24,738 nt of DNA from a bacterium (GTDB taxonomy: Bacteria > Methylomirabilota > Methylomirabilia > CAVQYV01). Below are positions 1-8,947 of this stretch, piece by piece; the first letter of the stretch is position 1, and the number at the start of each line of letters is the position of its first letter. Position numbers and translations under genes: made by a program. A model generated the notes under the pieces. The model was not told the DNA's origin. It did not search any database and saw only the letters and a list, made by a program, of their open reading frames with translations. Location: assembly GCA_043800755.1 (NCBI GenBank), contig JAZDMQ010000138.1, positions 1 to 24,738 on the forward strand, given 5' to 3'.

Positions 1-1
1 C

Positions 2-1252
2 TGGTCGCCGGTTTATACTACGCTCCTCTTGGGAGTAGTTGCAGGCTTCATGATAGGTCTGGCGGTTGCGTTTGCCTTGAAGAGGACGCAGGCGAAGGCA
101 TTGAAAGAACTCGCGGATGAGCTGTTTCGCGAGAGCGAGGCGCAGCGCAAAGCGAGCGTGGATTCCGTCATCGAAAATGTGAAGGCCTGCTTTGGGAGCC
201 TGTCGCTGGACGCACTATCCAAGTCCACTGCGGAGCTCTTGAAATTAGCCCAGGAACGCCTGACGGCGGAGCGGGAGGTGGGCCTTCGGGAATTGGAAGG
301 CAAAAAGGGCCTCATTGACCAACAATTGCAGCAGATGAGCTCCGCCCTTACAGATGTCTCCCATCTGATGAAAGAGCTGGAGAAGGACCGAGAGAAGAAG
401 TTCGGAGAGCTGGCGAGCCAATTGAGGACGACGGGCGACCAGACCACCGCCCTCATGCAGAGCACCCAGATGCTTCGGGAGGCCTTGGTCAGCACCAAGG
501 CGAGGGGACAGTGGGGAGAGCGGATGGCCGAGGATGTGCTGCGCCTTGCCGGTTTCATCGAGGGGATCAACTACTGGAAGCAAAAGACGATCGAAGGGGC
601 GAGATCTCGCCCCGATTTTACCTTCTCGGTGCCACCCGACTTCAAGCTTCATATGGATGTCAAGTTCCCTCTCGACAACTACCTCCGGTTCCTCGATGCC
701 AACTCCGAGGCGGAAAGGTCGGGGTTCCGCACCGCCTTTTTACGGGATGTGAGGGCACGGATTAGAGAGCTGACCGCCCGCGAGTACATCAATCCCGGGG
801 GGAATACGCTGGATTGCGTCCTCCTGTTCATCCCTAACGAACAGATTTACTCCTTCATTCACGAGCAAGATTCCTCCATCCTCGATGAGGGAATCAAGAA
901 CAAGGTGGTCTTCTGCTCCCCCATTACTTTGTTTGCGGTCCTGGCCGTCATCCGGCAGGCAGCAGATCATTTCACCCTGGAGCAGACCTCGAATGAAATC
1001 CTGTCTCTGCTGGGGGCCTTCAAGAAGCAGTGGGATAAATTCAGCAAGACGTTTGAGACGATGGGCAAGCGCATCAGAGAGGCCCAGGGAGAATACGAAG
1101 CGCTCGCCACGACTAGAAGTCGCCAGCTCGAAGGGCCTTTGAACAAGATCGAAGATCTCCGGAGAGAGCGTAAGTTGCCGGTAGCGTTGGGGGAATGGGA
1201 AGATGGCTCTCCTGCCTTGAGAGGTCATGAGGGAGATGAAGATGATCGATAG
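2..1252 (+). CDS. rmuC: DNA recombination protein RmuC (5' end probably lies upstream of the window)
   Basis: The frame is open from base 2 (WSPVYTTLLLGVVAG...). It shows an N-terminal TM helix, a coiled-coil region, the RmuC motif RGQWGE, the PD-(D/E)xK-like RPDF...MDVKFP and the motifs LFIPNE and SPITL. Confidence 0.92.
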   Translation, partial: WSPVYTTLLLGVVAGFMIGLAVAFALKRTQAKALKELADELFRESEAQRKASVDSVIENVKACFGSLSLDALSKSTAELLKLAQERLTAEREVGLRELEGKKGLIDQQLQQMSSALTDVSHLMKELEKDREKKFGELASQLRTTGDQTTALMQSTQMLREALVSTKARGQWGERMAEDVLRLAGFIEGINYWKQKTIEGARSRPDFTFSVPPDFKLHMDVKFPLDNYLRFLDANSEAERSGFRTAFLRDVRARIRELTAREYINPGGNTLDCVLLFIPNEQIYSFIHEQDSSILDEGIKNKVVFCSPITLFAVLAVIRQAADHFTLEQTSNEILSLLGAFKKQWDKFSKTFETMGKRIREAQGEYEALATTRSRQLEGPLNKIEDLRRERKLPVALGEWEDGSPALRGHEGDEDDR

Positions 1253-1315
1253 AGGGGAATTCTGGCCCTGGAACAGGGAGATCGACCGCCTGGCGAGGGG
1301 AGGAGACGAAGCCCG

Positions 1316-2545
1316 TTGACCTCCTCAATCCTGAAAATCTTTTCCTCTTTGATCTTGCCGAATGGTCTCCTCCTCCTCATTGCCATCTCCTTCCTCCAAT
1401 GGGTTGCCTCCCCAGAGTCCCTATCCGGCCTCATACGCGTTTACCCTTATGCGGTTTTGGGGGTGGGGCTCTTTCTCGGCTGGCGTTTTCACCGCACCTG
1501 GCTGATCTTCAGCCTCCTGGTCCTAACTCTGGCCGACCGGGCCCTGCTCCACTGCGCCGCAGGTCCGCCTGCGGCGGGGAGCCGCATCCTCTTTAATTCC
1601 ATCTCCCTGCTTCTACCCCTGAATCTCGCTGCCCTCTCGCTGACCACCCAGCGGGAGCGAGGCATCCTCACCTCGAGGAACCTGATCACCCTGGCCCTGA
1701 TCCTCTTTCAGTTCCTGTTGGCCATGGGGATTTACCGCTACTGTCCAACTGGGGCAGGCGGAGAGGCGATCAAATTGAAGTCGGTCACCGGTCCCATCAC
1801 CTGGTCCCCCGTTTCCCAATCCGGGTTGCTGGCCTTCGGTCTCGCCTTTCTCTTGCTGACGGCTCGATTCCTCCTCCGCCGAGGTGCCATTGAAAGCGGG
1901 TTTTTCTGGGCGTTGATTGCCTCTTTCCTCGGACTGAATGTGAATCGGATCGGCGATCTCTCCACCTTCTACTTTTCTACCGCAGGACTCATCCTGGTCG
2001 CCTCTTTCATTGAAACTTCCTACAGCATGGCTTATCGCGACGAATTGACCAGCTTGCCTTCCCGACGAGCCCTGAACGAGGCCCTCTTGCAGCTGGGCAA
2101 TCGCTATACCATTGCCATGGTGGACATAGACCAATTCAAGCAGTTCAATGACCGGCACGGGCACGAGGCGGGGGATCAGGTGTTGCGAATGGTGGCCTCG
2201 CAACTCGAAATGGTCTCCGGCGGAGGGAGGGCTTTTCGCTATGGGGGGGAGGAGTTTGCAGTGATCTTCCCCGGGAAGTCCTTGAAGGAAGCCCTTCCCC
2301 CGTTGGTCGCCCTCCACCGCGCCATCCCCGCCACGAACTTCACCCTGCGAGGCAAGGGTCGTCCCCGAAAGAGACCAGAGGTCGCGAAGCCGAGCAGCGC
2401 GGTCCGCAAGCAAGTCCCCATTACCGTTAGCATTGGAGTTGCGGAGCGGGATGCCAAGTATACCGAACCGGATCAGGTGATCCGGGCGGCGGACCGGGCC
2501 CTTTATCGGGCCAAAGAGGGCGGGCGAAATCAGATCAGCATCTAA
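1316..2545 (+). CDS. Multi-pass membrane diguanylate cyclase (GGDEF domain)
   Basis: Several hydrophobic helices, then AYRDELTSLPSRR, MVDIDQFKQFNDRHGHEAGDQVL, RYGGEEF, TVSIGVA and ADRALYRAKEGGRN. TTG start preceded by GGAGGAG. Confidence 0.93.
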   Translation: MTSSILKIFSSLILPNGLLLLIAISFLQWVASPESLSGLIRVYPYAVLGVGLFLGWRFHRTWLIFSLLVLTLADRALLHCAAGPPAAGSRILFNSISLLLPLNLAALSLTTQRERGILTSRNLITLALILFQFLLAMGIYRYCPTGAGGEAIKLKSVTGPITWSPVSQSGLLAFGLAFLLLTARFLLRRGAIESGFFWALIASFLGLNVNRIGDLSTFYFSTAGLILVASFIETSYSMAYRDELTSLPSRRALNEALLQLGNRYTIAMVDIDQFKQFNDRHGHEAGDQVLRMVASQLEMVSGGGRAFRYGGEEFAVIFPGKSLKEALPPLVALHRAIPATNFTLRGKGRPRKRPEVAKPSSAVRKQVPITVSIGVAERDAKYTEPDQVIRAADRALYRAKEGGRNQISI

Positions 2546-2651
2546 ATTTGCCTCCCGAGAGTACCCTTCCTGAGGTAGTATGGCCGGGTCCTCCCGGATC
2601 GAGGCGGGGGCCGTGGAATAAATGGCGGAAAAGCCCGAGAGGAGGTTCTAT

Positions 2652-3599
2652 TTGGAGCTTAAGGATATCAAGAAAATAGGAGTGGTGGGGGCGGGAACGA
2701 TGGGCCATGGCATTGCCATCTCTTACGCCCTGTGGGGATATCCCGTCATCATGGGTGATCTCAATGAGGAGATACTGAAGAATAGCCTGGGCCGCATCAA
2801 ATCCAGCCTGGACAGCTTTGTGGAGGAGGAGGTCGTCCCCCGGCGGCAGGCAGATGAGACGGCAGAACGGATCATTACGACCACCGACCTGTCGGCCCTG
2901 GCAGGAGAGGCAGATCTTGTGTGTGAGGCGATCATCGAGAGGGCCCAGGAGAAGCGGGAGCTATTCAACCAACTGGATGTCCTTTGTCCTTCGCATACCA
3001 TCCTGGCCAGCAACACCTCCCATATGGTCCTGAGCGATTTTGCCTCGGAGGTGAAAAGGCAGGACAAGATCGTAGTCACCCACTATGCCAATCCGCCCCA
3101 CATCTGCCCCGCCGTGGAGGTAGTCAAGGGTCCGGGGACCTCGGATGAGACCTTCAGTCTCACCTATGCCCTGCTGGAGAAGGTCAGGAAAGTGCCGGTC
3201 AGGGTGCTCAAGGAGCTACCCGGATACTTGAATAACCGTATCCAGTTTGCCCTGTTCCGGGAGGCCTTCGACCTGTGGGCCCAGGGGGTCGCCTCGGCCG
3301 AGGACATCGACCGGGCGGTGATGGGCCATTTTGGCTTTCGCAACGCCAGCATCGGCCCCTTGATGACCACGGATCTGGGGGGAGTGCCGAAATGGGGTCC
3401 CCTGGCCTACGAGATGTTTAGCCAGGCCTTCAAGTTCATCAGCGATGCCAAGGAGCCTCCCCAGAAGTGGAAAGAGCAGGTGATGAACCACAGAGGCTTC
3501 TACGACTATTCGGAGGAGCAGTGGGAAGAGATTATTAGGAAGAGGGACAAGGAATTCCTGCGGCGCTTGAAGCAGCTCTACTGGTCCAAGGAGGATTGA
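2652..3599 (+). CDS. 3-hydroxyacyl-CoA dehydrogenase family protein (NAD-binding)
   Basis: Rossmann motif GVVGAGTMGHGIA, EAIIE, ILASNTS, catalytic His in HYANPP, VEVV, PGYLNNRIQ. The likely start is TTG at 2652 after GAGGAGG; the in-frame ATG at 2622 is an alternative. Confidence 0.9.
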   Translation: MELKDIKKIGVVGAGTMGHGIAISYALWGYPVIMGDLNEEILKNSLGRIKSSLDSFVEEEVVPRRQADETAERIITTTDLSALAGEADLVCEAIIERAQEKRELFNQLDVLCPSHTILASNTSHMVLSDFASEVKRQDKIVVTHYANPPHICPAVEVVKGPGTSDETFSLTYALLEKVRKVPVRVLKELPGYLNNRIQFALFREAFDLWAQGVASAEDIDRAVMGHFGFRNASIGPLMTTDLGGVPKWGPLAYEMFSQAFKFISDAKEPPQKWKEQVMNHRGFYDYSEEQWEEIIRKRDKEFLRRLKQLYWSKED

Positions 3600-3629
3600 G
3601 AAACTTCACGGAAAGGGCAAAGGAGAAAG

Positions 3630-4376
3630 ATGGATCATCGAGATGAGGAGCAAGAGACCATAGAACGGGCCTTAAGCCTTTTCAGCCAAAACCACCCCTG
3701 TTCCCGGCGGCAATTTCTGAAGATTGGCGGGATCTCCCTGTTGGGGATCTCTACCCTGGGGCCCCTCCTGGCCCGGGGTGAGGCGAAGGCACCCCTGATC
3801 ATCATGGAGCAGGCCCAGGGGATCGTCATCGCTGATCCGACCAGGTGCGTGGCCTGCCGACGGTGTGAGCTGGCCTGTACGGAGTTCAATGATGGCAAGG
3901 CATCCCCAGTGATGGCGCGGGTGAAGGTCATCCGAAACCTCCACTTTGGGCCGCAGGGCCCTTATGTTGGACAGCACGGGCAGGGCAACTGGGGCAATGG
4001 GCTGGTGATCCCCGAAGTATGCCACCAGTGTCCGCATCCGGTGCCCTGTGCCAATGCCTGCCCCAACGACGCGATTGTAGCCAAACCACCCCTCAATGTT
4101 AGGGTGGTGGAGGTGGAGCGGTGTGTTGGCTGCAGGATGTGCCAGCGAGCCTGTCCATGGGGGATGATGTCCTTTGATGCCGGTGCCGGCAAGGCAACCA
4201 AGTGTTTCCTCTGTGAGGGGAAGCCCAAATGTGTGGAGGCGTGTCCCGCCGAAGCACTGAGGTTTTTGCCTTGGCGAGATTTGACCGATAAGGTGCCACC
4301 CCGGGTGGTGCCCACCGCAGCCCTTCCACCGGAAAAGGCTGCGTCCTGCAGCGAATGCCATAAGGCAAAGAATTGA
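3630..4376 (+). CDS. ydhY: 4Fe-4S dicluster ferredoxin-like subunit, YdhY-like, with twin-arginine signal and C-terminal CxxCH
   Basis: SRRQFLK plus a hydrophobic stretch. Four Cys clusters: CVACRRCELAC, CHQCPHPVPCANACP, CVGCRMCQRACP, CFLCEGKPKCVEACP. Resembles E. coli YdhY as recalled (CTEFNDG, RNLHFG, WRDLT) and sits directly upstream of ydhV. Confidence 0.85.
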   Translation: MDHRDEEQETIERALSLFSQNHPCSRRQFLKIGGISLLGISTLGPLLARGEAKAPLIIMEQAQGIVIADPTRCVACRRCELACTEFNDGKASPVMARVKVIRNLHFGPQGPYVGQHGQGNWGNGLVIPEVCHQCPHPVPCANACPNDAIVAKPPLNVRVVEVERCVGCRMCQRACPWGMMSFDAGAGKATKCFLCEGKPKCVEACPAEALRFLPWRDLTDKVPPRVVPTAALPPEKAASCSECHKAKN

Positions 4377-4407
4377 GCAGAGTAACCAGGAAGGGAGAAT
4401 AAAGGGC

Positions 4408-6513
4408 ATGGCTAAATACGGAGGGTGGGCCGGAAAGGTGTTGCGCGTGGATCTGTCCACCGGCCGCATCTGGACCGAAGAGACCATCGAGAAATACAAA
4501 GACTTTTTGGGTGGGACAGGGATCGGCTATAAGGTCCTCTGGGACGAGGTCCCCTCCGGGACCCAGCCATTCGATCCCGCCAACCGGATCATTTTCGCGG
4601 TAGGCCCCCTGGCCGGGACCGGCGCTCCCTGCAATGGCCGCACGGCCATCACCACCCTTTGGTCCACCTGTTGGCCGAAACCACTGGTGGCCACCGGGCA
4701 TATGGGGGGCCAGTTTGCCGCCGAGCTCAAATATGCGGGATATGATGCCATCGTCATCGAGGGGAAGGCCGATCACCCCGTGTGGCTATCCATCGTCGAT
4801 TCCCAGGTGAAGATCAAGGATGCCCGCCACCTCTGGGGGCAGGGGATTCGCCGGGCCACCGTCGAAATCTCCCAGGAGATGGGGCCTGAGGCCGCAGTGG
4901 CCGCGATCGGCCAGGCGGGCGAGAATTTAGTTCCCATGTCGGTGGTGATGAATTCCGTTTCCCACTCCGCCGGCGGGGTGGGGGGGGTGATGGGGTCCAA
5001 GAACCTGAAGGCGATCGGGGTGCGCGGCTCGGGAGGCATAAGGATCGCGGGTGATAAGGGGGAGTGGGAGAAGCTGATCAAATACCACCTCTCCCTCTTG
5101 GGGGCTAATAACCAGCATGTGGTTCCGAGTACGCCCCAGCCGTGGGCTGAGTACTACAATCCGGCCTCCCGCTGGGTCGCTGGCCGGGGCCGCAAATGGG
5201 GGGCATCTACTCCGACGATCGAGACCGGGGTCTGCGGTCCACATGACCTCAACCGCATGGCCTACCGGACCAATAACTTCGCCTATTTCATTGGGGAGGG
5301 GGGATGGCAATATACGGTGAGGGGCAGTGGCTGCACCGCTTGCCCCATCCGATGCCATAACATCATCAAAGTCCCCTCGGTGGCTGCGAAATACAACATT
5401 CCGGAGGTAGGGCAAAATACCTGCTCCGGGCTCTTCTTTGGCGCTTTGTTCTTCAAAACCTTTCCCGATGGCCCAAGGGGCCAGACGGCGATCGAAGCCT
5501 GCATGGTGGGAATGCATCTGGCCGACGACCTGGGCATCTGGTGCAACTACAGCCAGTTGCAGCGGGACTTTCAGAAGCTCTACTATAGCGGGATGTTCGA
5601 GAGCAAGCTGGGGGAGAAGGAGTTCAAGGGTTATTCGTGGAACAAATATGAGAAGGGGGACCCCTCCTTCCTCTTTGAGCTCCTTCCTCGCGTCGCCCAG
5701 AAGGAGGGGGAGTTGGGGACGGCCTTGGGGCTGGGCAGCGGCTACCTGTTGGAGCGGTGGTCCATCCCCGAGGAGGATTGGAAGGGAGATCTCAAAACCC
5801 TGTACTGGAAGATGGGGCACCCCCGGCACCATTCCAATGATGAGATGGGCCAGTGCGGGGTGATCGTCAATACCCAATACAACCGGGATTGTCAGTGCCA
5901 TTCTCACACCAACTTCACCCGCAACGGGCTTCCCCTGGAGGTTCAGAAGCGTCTGGCAGCTGAACTCTGGGACTCACCTGACGCGGTCGATGCGATCGGG
6001 GCCTTCACGCCGATAAATCCTTACAAGGCCAGGTTTGCCAAGTGGTCACTTCTGCGGAAGGAGCTCCATGATTCTTTATCCCTCTGCAACTATATGGGGC
6101 CCTGGGTGGCCTCCCCCTTAAAAGAGAGGGGCTACCGGGGCGATGATTCGATCGAGTCGCGGCTCTACAGCCTGGCGACTGGCGACAGAAAAGATCGGCA
6201 GGAGCTGGATCAGGCGGCGGAGCGCATCTTCCTCTTACACCGGGCCCTGACCATTCGCGATATGGGAACCAAGGAGATGCGCACCCAGCACGACACCATC
6301 CCCGATTGGGTCTTCACGGACCCTTCCGGCAAGGCCCCCTTCACCCAGGGGACGGTGCACATGGACCGGGAGGACATTCGGCTGGCCATGGATCTTTACT
6401 ATGGAGAGATGGGCTGGGATAAGCCCACCGGAGCGCCCACGGAGGCGGCCTACCGCCGGATAGGTTTGGCAGAGGTGTCCGAGGAGTTAGGTCAAAGGGG
6501 ACTTTTGCCCTGA
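4408..6513 (+). CDS. ydhV: Aldehyde:ferredoxin oxidoreductase family molybdopterin/tungstopterin enzyme, YdhV-like
   Basis: AOR N-terminus GWAGKVLRVDLSTG, HMGGQFAAELKYAGYD, AAIGQAGENLV and MGSKNLKAI. YdhV-type stretches GANNQHVVPSTPQPWAEY, SGCTACPIRC, WCNYSQLQRDF and SPLKERGYRGD. The 701-aa length is close to E. coli YdhV. Confidence 0.93.
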   Translation: MAKYGGWAGKVLRVDLSTGRIWTEETIEKYKDFLGGTGIGYKVLWDEVPSGTQPFDPANRIIFAVGPLAGTGAPCNGRTAITTLWSTCWPKPLVATGHMGGQFAAELKYAGYDAIVIEGKADHPVWLSIVDSQVKIKDARHLWGQGIRRATVEISQEMGPEAAVAAIGQAGENLVPMSVVMNSVSHSAGGVGGVMGSKNLKAIGVRGSGGIRIAGDKGEWEKLIKYHLSLLGANNQHVVPSTPQPWAEYYNPASRWVAGRGRKWGASTPTIETGVCGPHDLNRMAYRTNNFAYFIGEGGWQYTVRGSGCTACPIRCHNIIKVPSVAAKYNIPEVGQNTCSGLFFGALFFKTFPDGPRGQTAIEACMVGMHLADDLGIWCNYSQLQRDFQKLYYSGMFESKLGEKEFKGYSWNKYEKGDPSFLFELLPRVAQKEGELGTALGLGSGYLLERWSIPEEDWKGDLKTLYWKMGHPRHHSNDEMGQCGVIVNTQYNRDCQCHSHTNFTRNGLPLEVQKRLAAELWDSPDAVDAIGAFTPINPYKARFAKWSLLRKELHDSLSLCNYMGPWVASPLKERGYRGDDSIESRLYSLATGDRKDRQELDQAAERIFLLHRALTIRDMGTKEMRTQHDTIPDWVFTDPSGKAPFTQGTVHMDREDIRLAMDLYYGEMGWDKPTGAPTEAAYRRIGLAEVSEELGQRGLLP

Positions 6514-6568
6514 GGGACAGGGAAGGGATTGAGGAAGAGGAGGATGCCTCCGCAGGGGAGGAGGGCCG

Positions 6569-7153
6569 GTGAGGGAAATACAGGAAGTGGAAGCTGCGCG
6601 TCAGGCAGCAGCCGACCTCATTCGCAGAAGGAGTGAGGCAAGTCAACTCGCTGCCCCGGAGGAGATCCTCCAGGAATTGAAGGAGCAGAACCTCCTGACC
6701 TTCTCTGCTGATGATCAGGTTGAACCACCTGGTGCATTAGAGGCGATCCTGAAGGAAGCGCGGGAAGAGAATAAAGACCTGAAAGAGCTTCCAGGCGAGG
6801 ACGGGGTACCACGCTATTACTCTGACCAGTTCATGAGCGAGACCTATGCCCGAATCCTTTCGGGGAAGGAAGGAGATCCCCTGCAGTTGATTGCGGAGAT
6901 CGTCCGGGAAAACTCCGCCCTCTATCCCCGGCCCGTCCCTCTCCATACCTTTCAGGATGCGCCCTTTGGGCTGACGGAGACAGAGCTCCAGGCGTGTTTG
7001 GAGCAGATGGCTGGACGGGATACATATAAGGACATCGGCCAGACCATTACCTCTTGGGGCACAGCCTTCCTTTTTTCCAGCCTTCACCTGGATCCCGCCC
7101 ACGCCTCGATGCTGGCCGAGTGGTACGATGTGGGCCGATTCCACAATACGTGA
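6569..7153 (+). CDS. ydhW: YdhW-like putative oxidoreductase-system accessory protein
   Basis: Follows ydhV as in the E. coli ydhYVW order. YYSDQFMSETYA, VRENSALYPRP, AFLFS and the C-terminal EWYDVGRFHNT resemble YdhW as recalled. GTG start after GGAGGAGG. Confidence 0.8.
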   Translation: MREIQEVEAARQAAADLIRRRSEASQLAAPEEILQELKEQNLLTFSADDQVEPPGALEAILKEAREENKDLKELPGEDGVPRYYSDQFMSETYARILSGKEGDPLQLIAEIVRENSALYPRPVPLHTFQDAPFGLTETELQACLEQMAGRDTYKDIGQTITSWGTAFLFSSLHLDPAHASMLAEWYDVGRFHNT

Positions 7154-7208
7154 ACTCGAAAGCCGGGCCAGGGGTGGGAGGATGTGGGAATCGCGGGCGG
7201 GGAAAGGG

Positions 7209-7237
7209 TTGACAGAAGAGGCTATCCAGGGTAAATA
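7209..7237 (+). promoter_or_regulatory. Sigma70-type promoter candidate
   Basis: TTGACA (7209-7214), 17-nt spacer, TAAATA (7232-7237). Confidence 0.6.
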
Positions 7238-7339
7238 GATCCTCAGAAGCCATAGAACCCGGATTCGTTTGAGCCCCGGGGTCCCCCTTTTATGGGGGCC
7301 CATGACTATGATCCCCGGTCTGCAGGAGGTGGACATGAT

Positions 7340-7387
7340 AGGCGCCGGATCGGTCTTTTGTCTTCAGATTCCGGCGCCTTTTGTTTT
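7340..7387 (+). terminator. Rho-independent terminator
   Basis: Perfect 10-bp stem AGGCGCCGGA (7340-7349) / TCCGGCGCCT (7370-7379) followed by TTTGTTTT. Confidence 0.75.
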
Positions 7388-7501
7388 GGGGGAGAGAGTA
7401 TGGGTGGGAGGCCATCTTGTCCTGAAGGGATGGCGAGATCGAGGGAGGTCGATTCTGCCCCATGGAGGGCACCTCGGCCTTCATAATTCCAGGACTTCGC
7501 C

Positions 7502-8697
7502 ATGAATCAGCTTTTTGAGCCATCATCGCTGAGCGGGATAAGGGTTAAGAATAGGATCGTCCGATCAGCTACCCACGAGGGGATCGCCGACGAAGAGGGA
7601 CATCCGACCGAGGCCCTGATCGCCCTTTACACCAGGTTGGCCAAAGGCGGGGTAAGGGCTATCATTACCGGAGAAGCGGGGGTACAGCGCAACGGCAGAT
7701 CTTCAGCAAACGTTTCCTTGATGATCCATCGCGATGATTTCATCGAGGATTACCGGAGGGTGGCCATCGCGGTGCATCGCTATGGCACCCCGATCCTGCT
7801 TCAGCTACAGCATTGCGGAAGGCAAACGAACGCTAAAGCGATCGGGGGAACCCCAGTCGCCCCTTCCTCGTTGCGCGACAAAGTCCATCGAGAGGAGAGG
7901 CCTAAAGCACTCTCTGAGGATGAGATCGAGGAGATCATCGAGAATTTCATCAGGGCCATTGAACGGGCAAAGGAAGCGGGCTTTGATGGGGTTCAGCTCC
8001 ACGGGGCCCATGGGTATCTTCTTTCTGAGTTCCTCTCTCCCCATACCAACCGCAGGAGAGATCGTTGGGGGGATCCATCGAGAATCGCTTTCGCATCCTG
8101 GGGGAGATCTACCGAGGGGCAAGACAGAGGGTGGGATCCTACCCGATCCTGGTGAAGCTCAATGCCTACGATGCGCAAAGGAATGACATCAGGCCGAATG
8201 AGACACTCATCGTCGCCTCGATGCTGGAAGGCGTTGGATGCTCCGGGATCGAGGTCTCCTGCGGGACCTTTGAGGATGGGCTGAATACCATCAGAGGGCC
8301 CAATCTGCCCCTGGACGCAGTCTTCGCCTCCATTCCGAAATATCGAGACCTCCCCTTTCTGAAGAAAAAGGCCCTTACCCTGGTTGCCCCGCTCCTCATC
8401 AAGAGGCACAGGCCCCTGGAGAACTACAATGTCCCTGCAGCAGAGGCCATCAAGCGAAGGGTCAGGATCCCAGTAATCGTGGTAGGAGGGATCAAGAGGC
8501 CTAAGGACATCGAAGACATCATTACGCAGGAACGGGCCGATTATGTCTCCATGTCCCGGCCCTTTATCATCGAGCCCGATCTGGTCAATAAATTTCAATC
8601 AGGGCAGGCAGGGGCCTCCCGGTGTATCTCATGTAACTATTGTTTCATCGGACTGGGGGCAGGGCCGCTCCGATGCTGTTATGGGAGGACAAAATAG
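7502..8697 (+). pseudogene. NADH:flavin oxidoreductase (old yellow enzyme family), split by a one-base frameshift at a G6 tract (8067-8072)
   Basis: ORF 7502-8155 has KNRIVRSATHE, QLQHCGRQ, AGFDGVQLHGAHGYLLSEFLSP and NRRRDRWG. ORF 8065-8697 continues GGSIENRFR...VKLN...SMSRPFI.EPDLV...CISCNYC. One extra G restores the conserved WGGSxENR and gives about 398 aa. Confidence 0.85.
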
Positions 8698-8863
8698 CCT
8701 AAATGGAGCATAGATTAAGCGGGGCAGGCGATGGCAACAATTTGAAATAGCAGTCTACCGGGGGAAAATATTGAGGATTGGGCGAAGGCTTTCTTCGGAC
8801 TGGAAAGGATTACAGAGGAGATTGACGGATGGTGGACACCCGAATAACCCCCACTGTCTTGGC

Positions 8864-8897
8864 CAGTCAAAGTGGGAGGGTCATTTGACTGTTTATT
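8864..8897 (+). terminator. Inverted repeat, possible terminator or operator between convergent genes
   Basis: CAGTCAAA (8864-8871) / TTTGACTG (8884-8891) followed by TTTATT. Confidence 0.3.
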
Positions 8898-8947
8898 GAC
8901 AAGCGGGCTGTTTCTCTTGGGTAGAAAGACCTACCCTATCCCACTCC

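Noticed and set aside
8726..8760. GGCGATGGCA start resembling a fluoride riboswitch
   Set aside because: The complementary stem and the 3' GCTxATGAxxxCTAC element are missing, and there is no appropriately placed downstream gene.
8822..8850. TTGACG-N17-TAACCC as a plus-strand promoter antisense to the PEP-CTERM gene
   Set aside because: The -10 match is poor and no downstream gene or defined RNA supports it.
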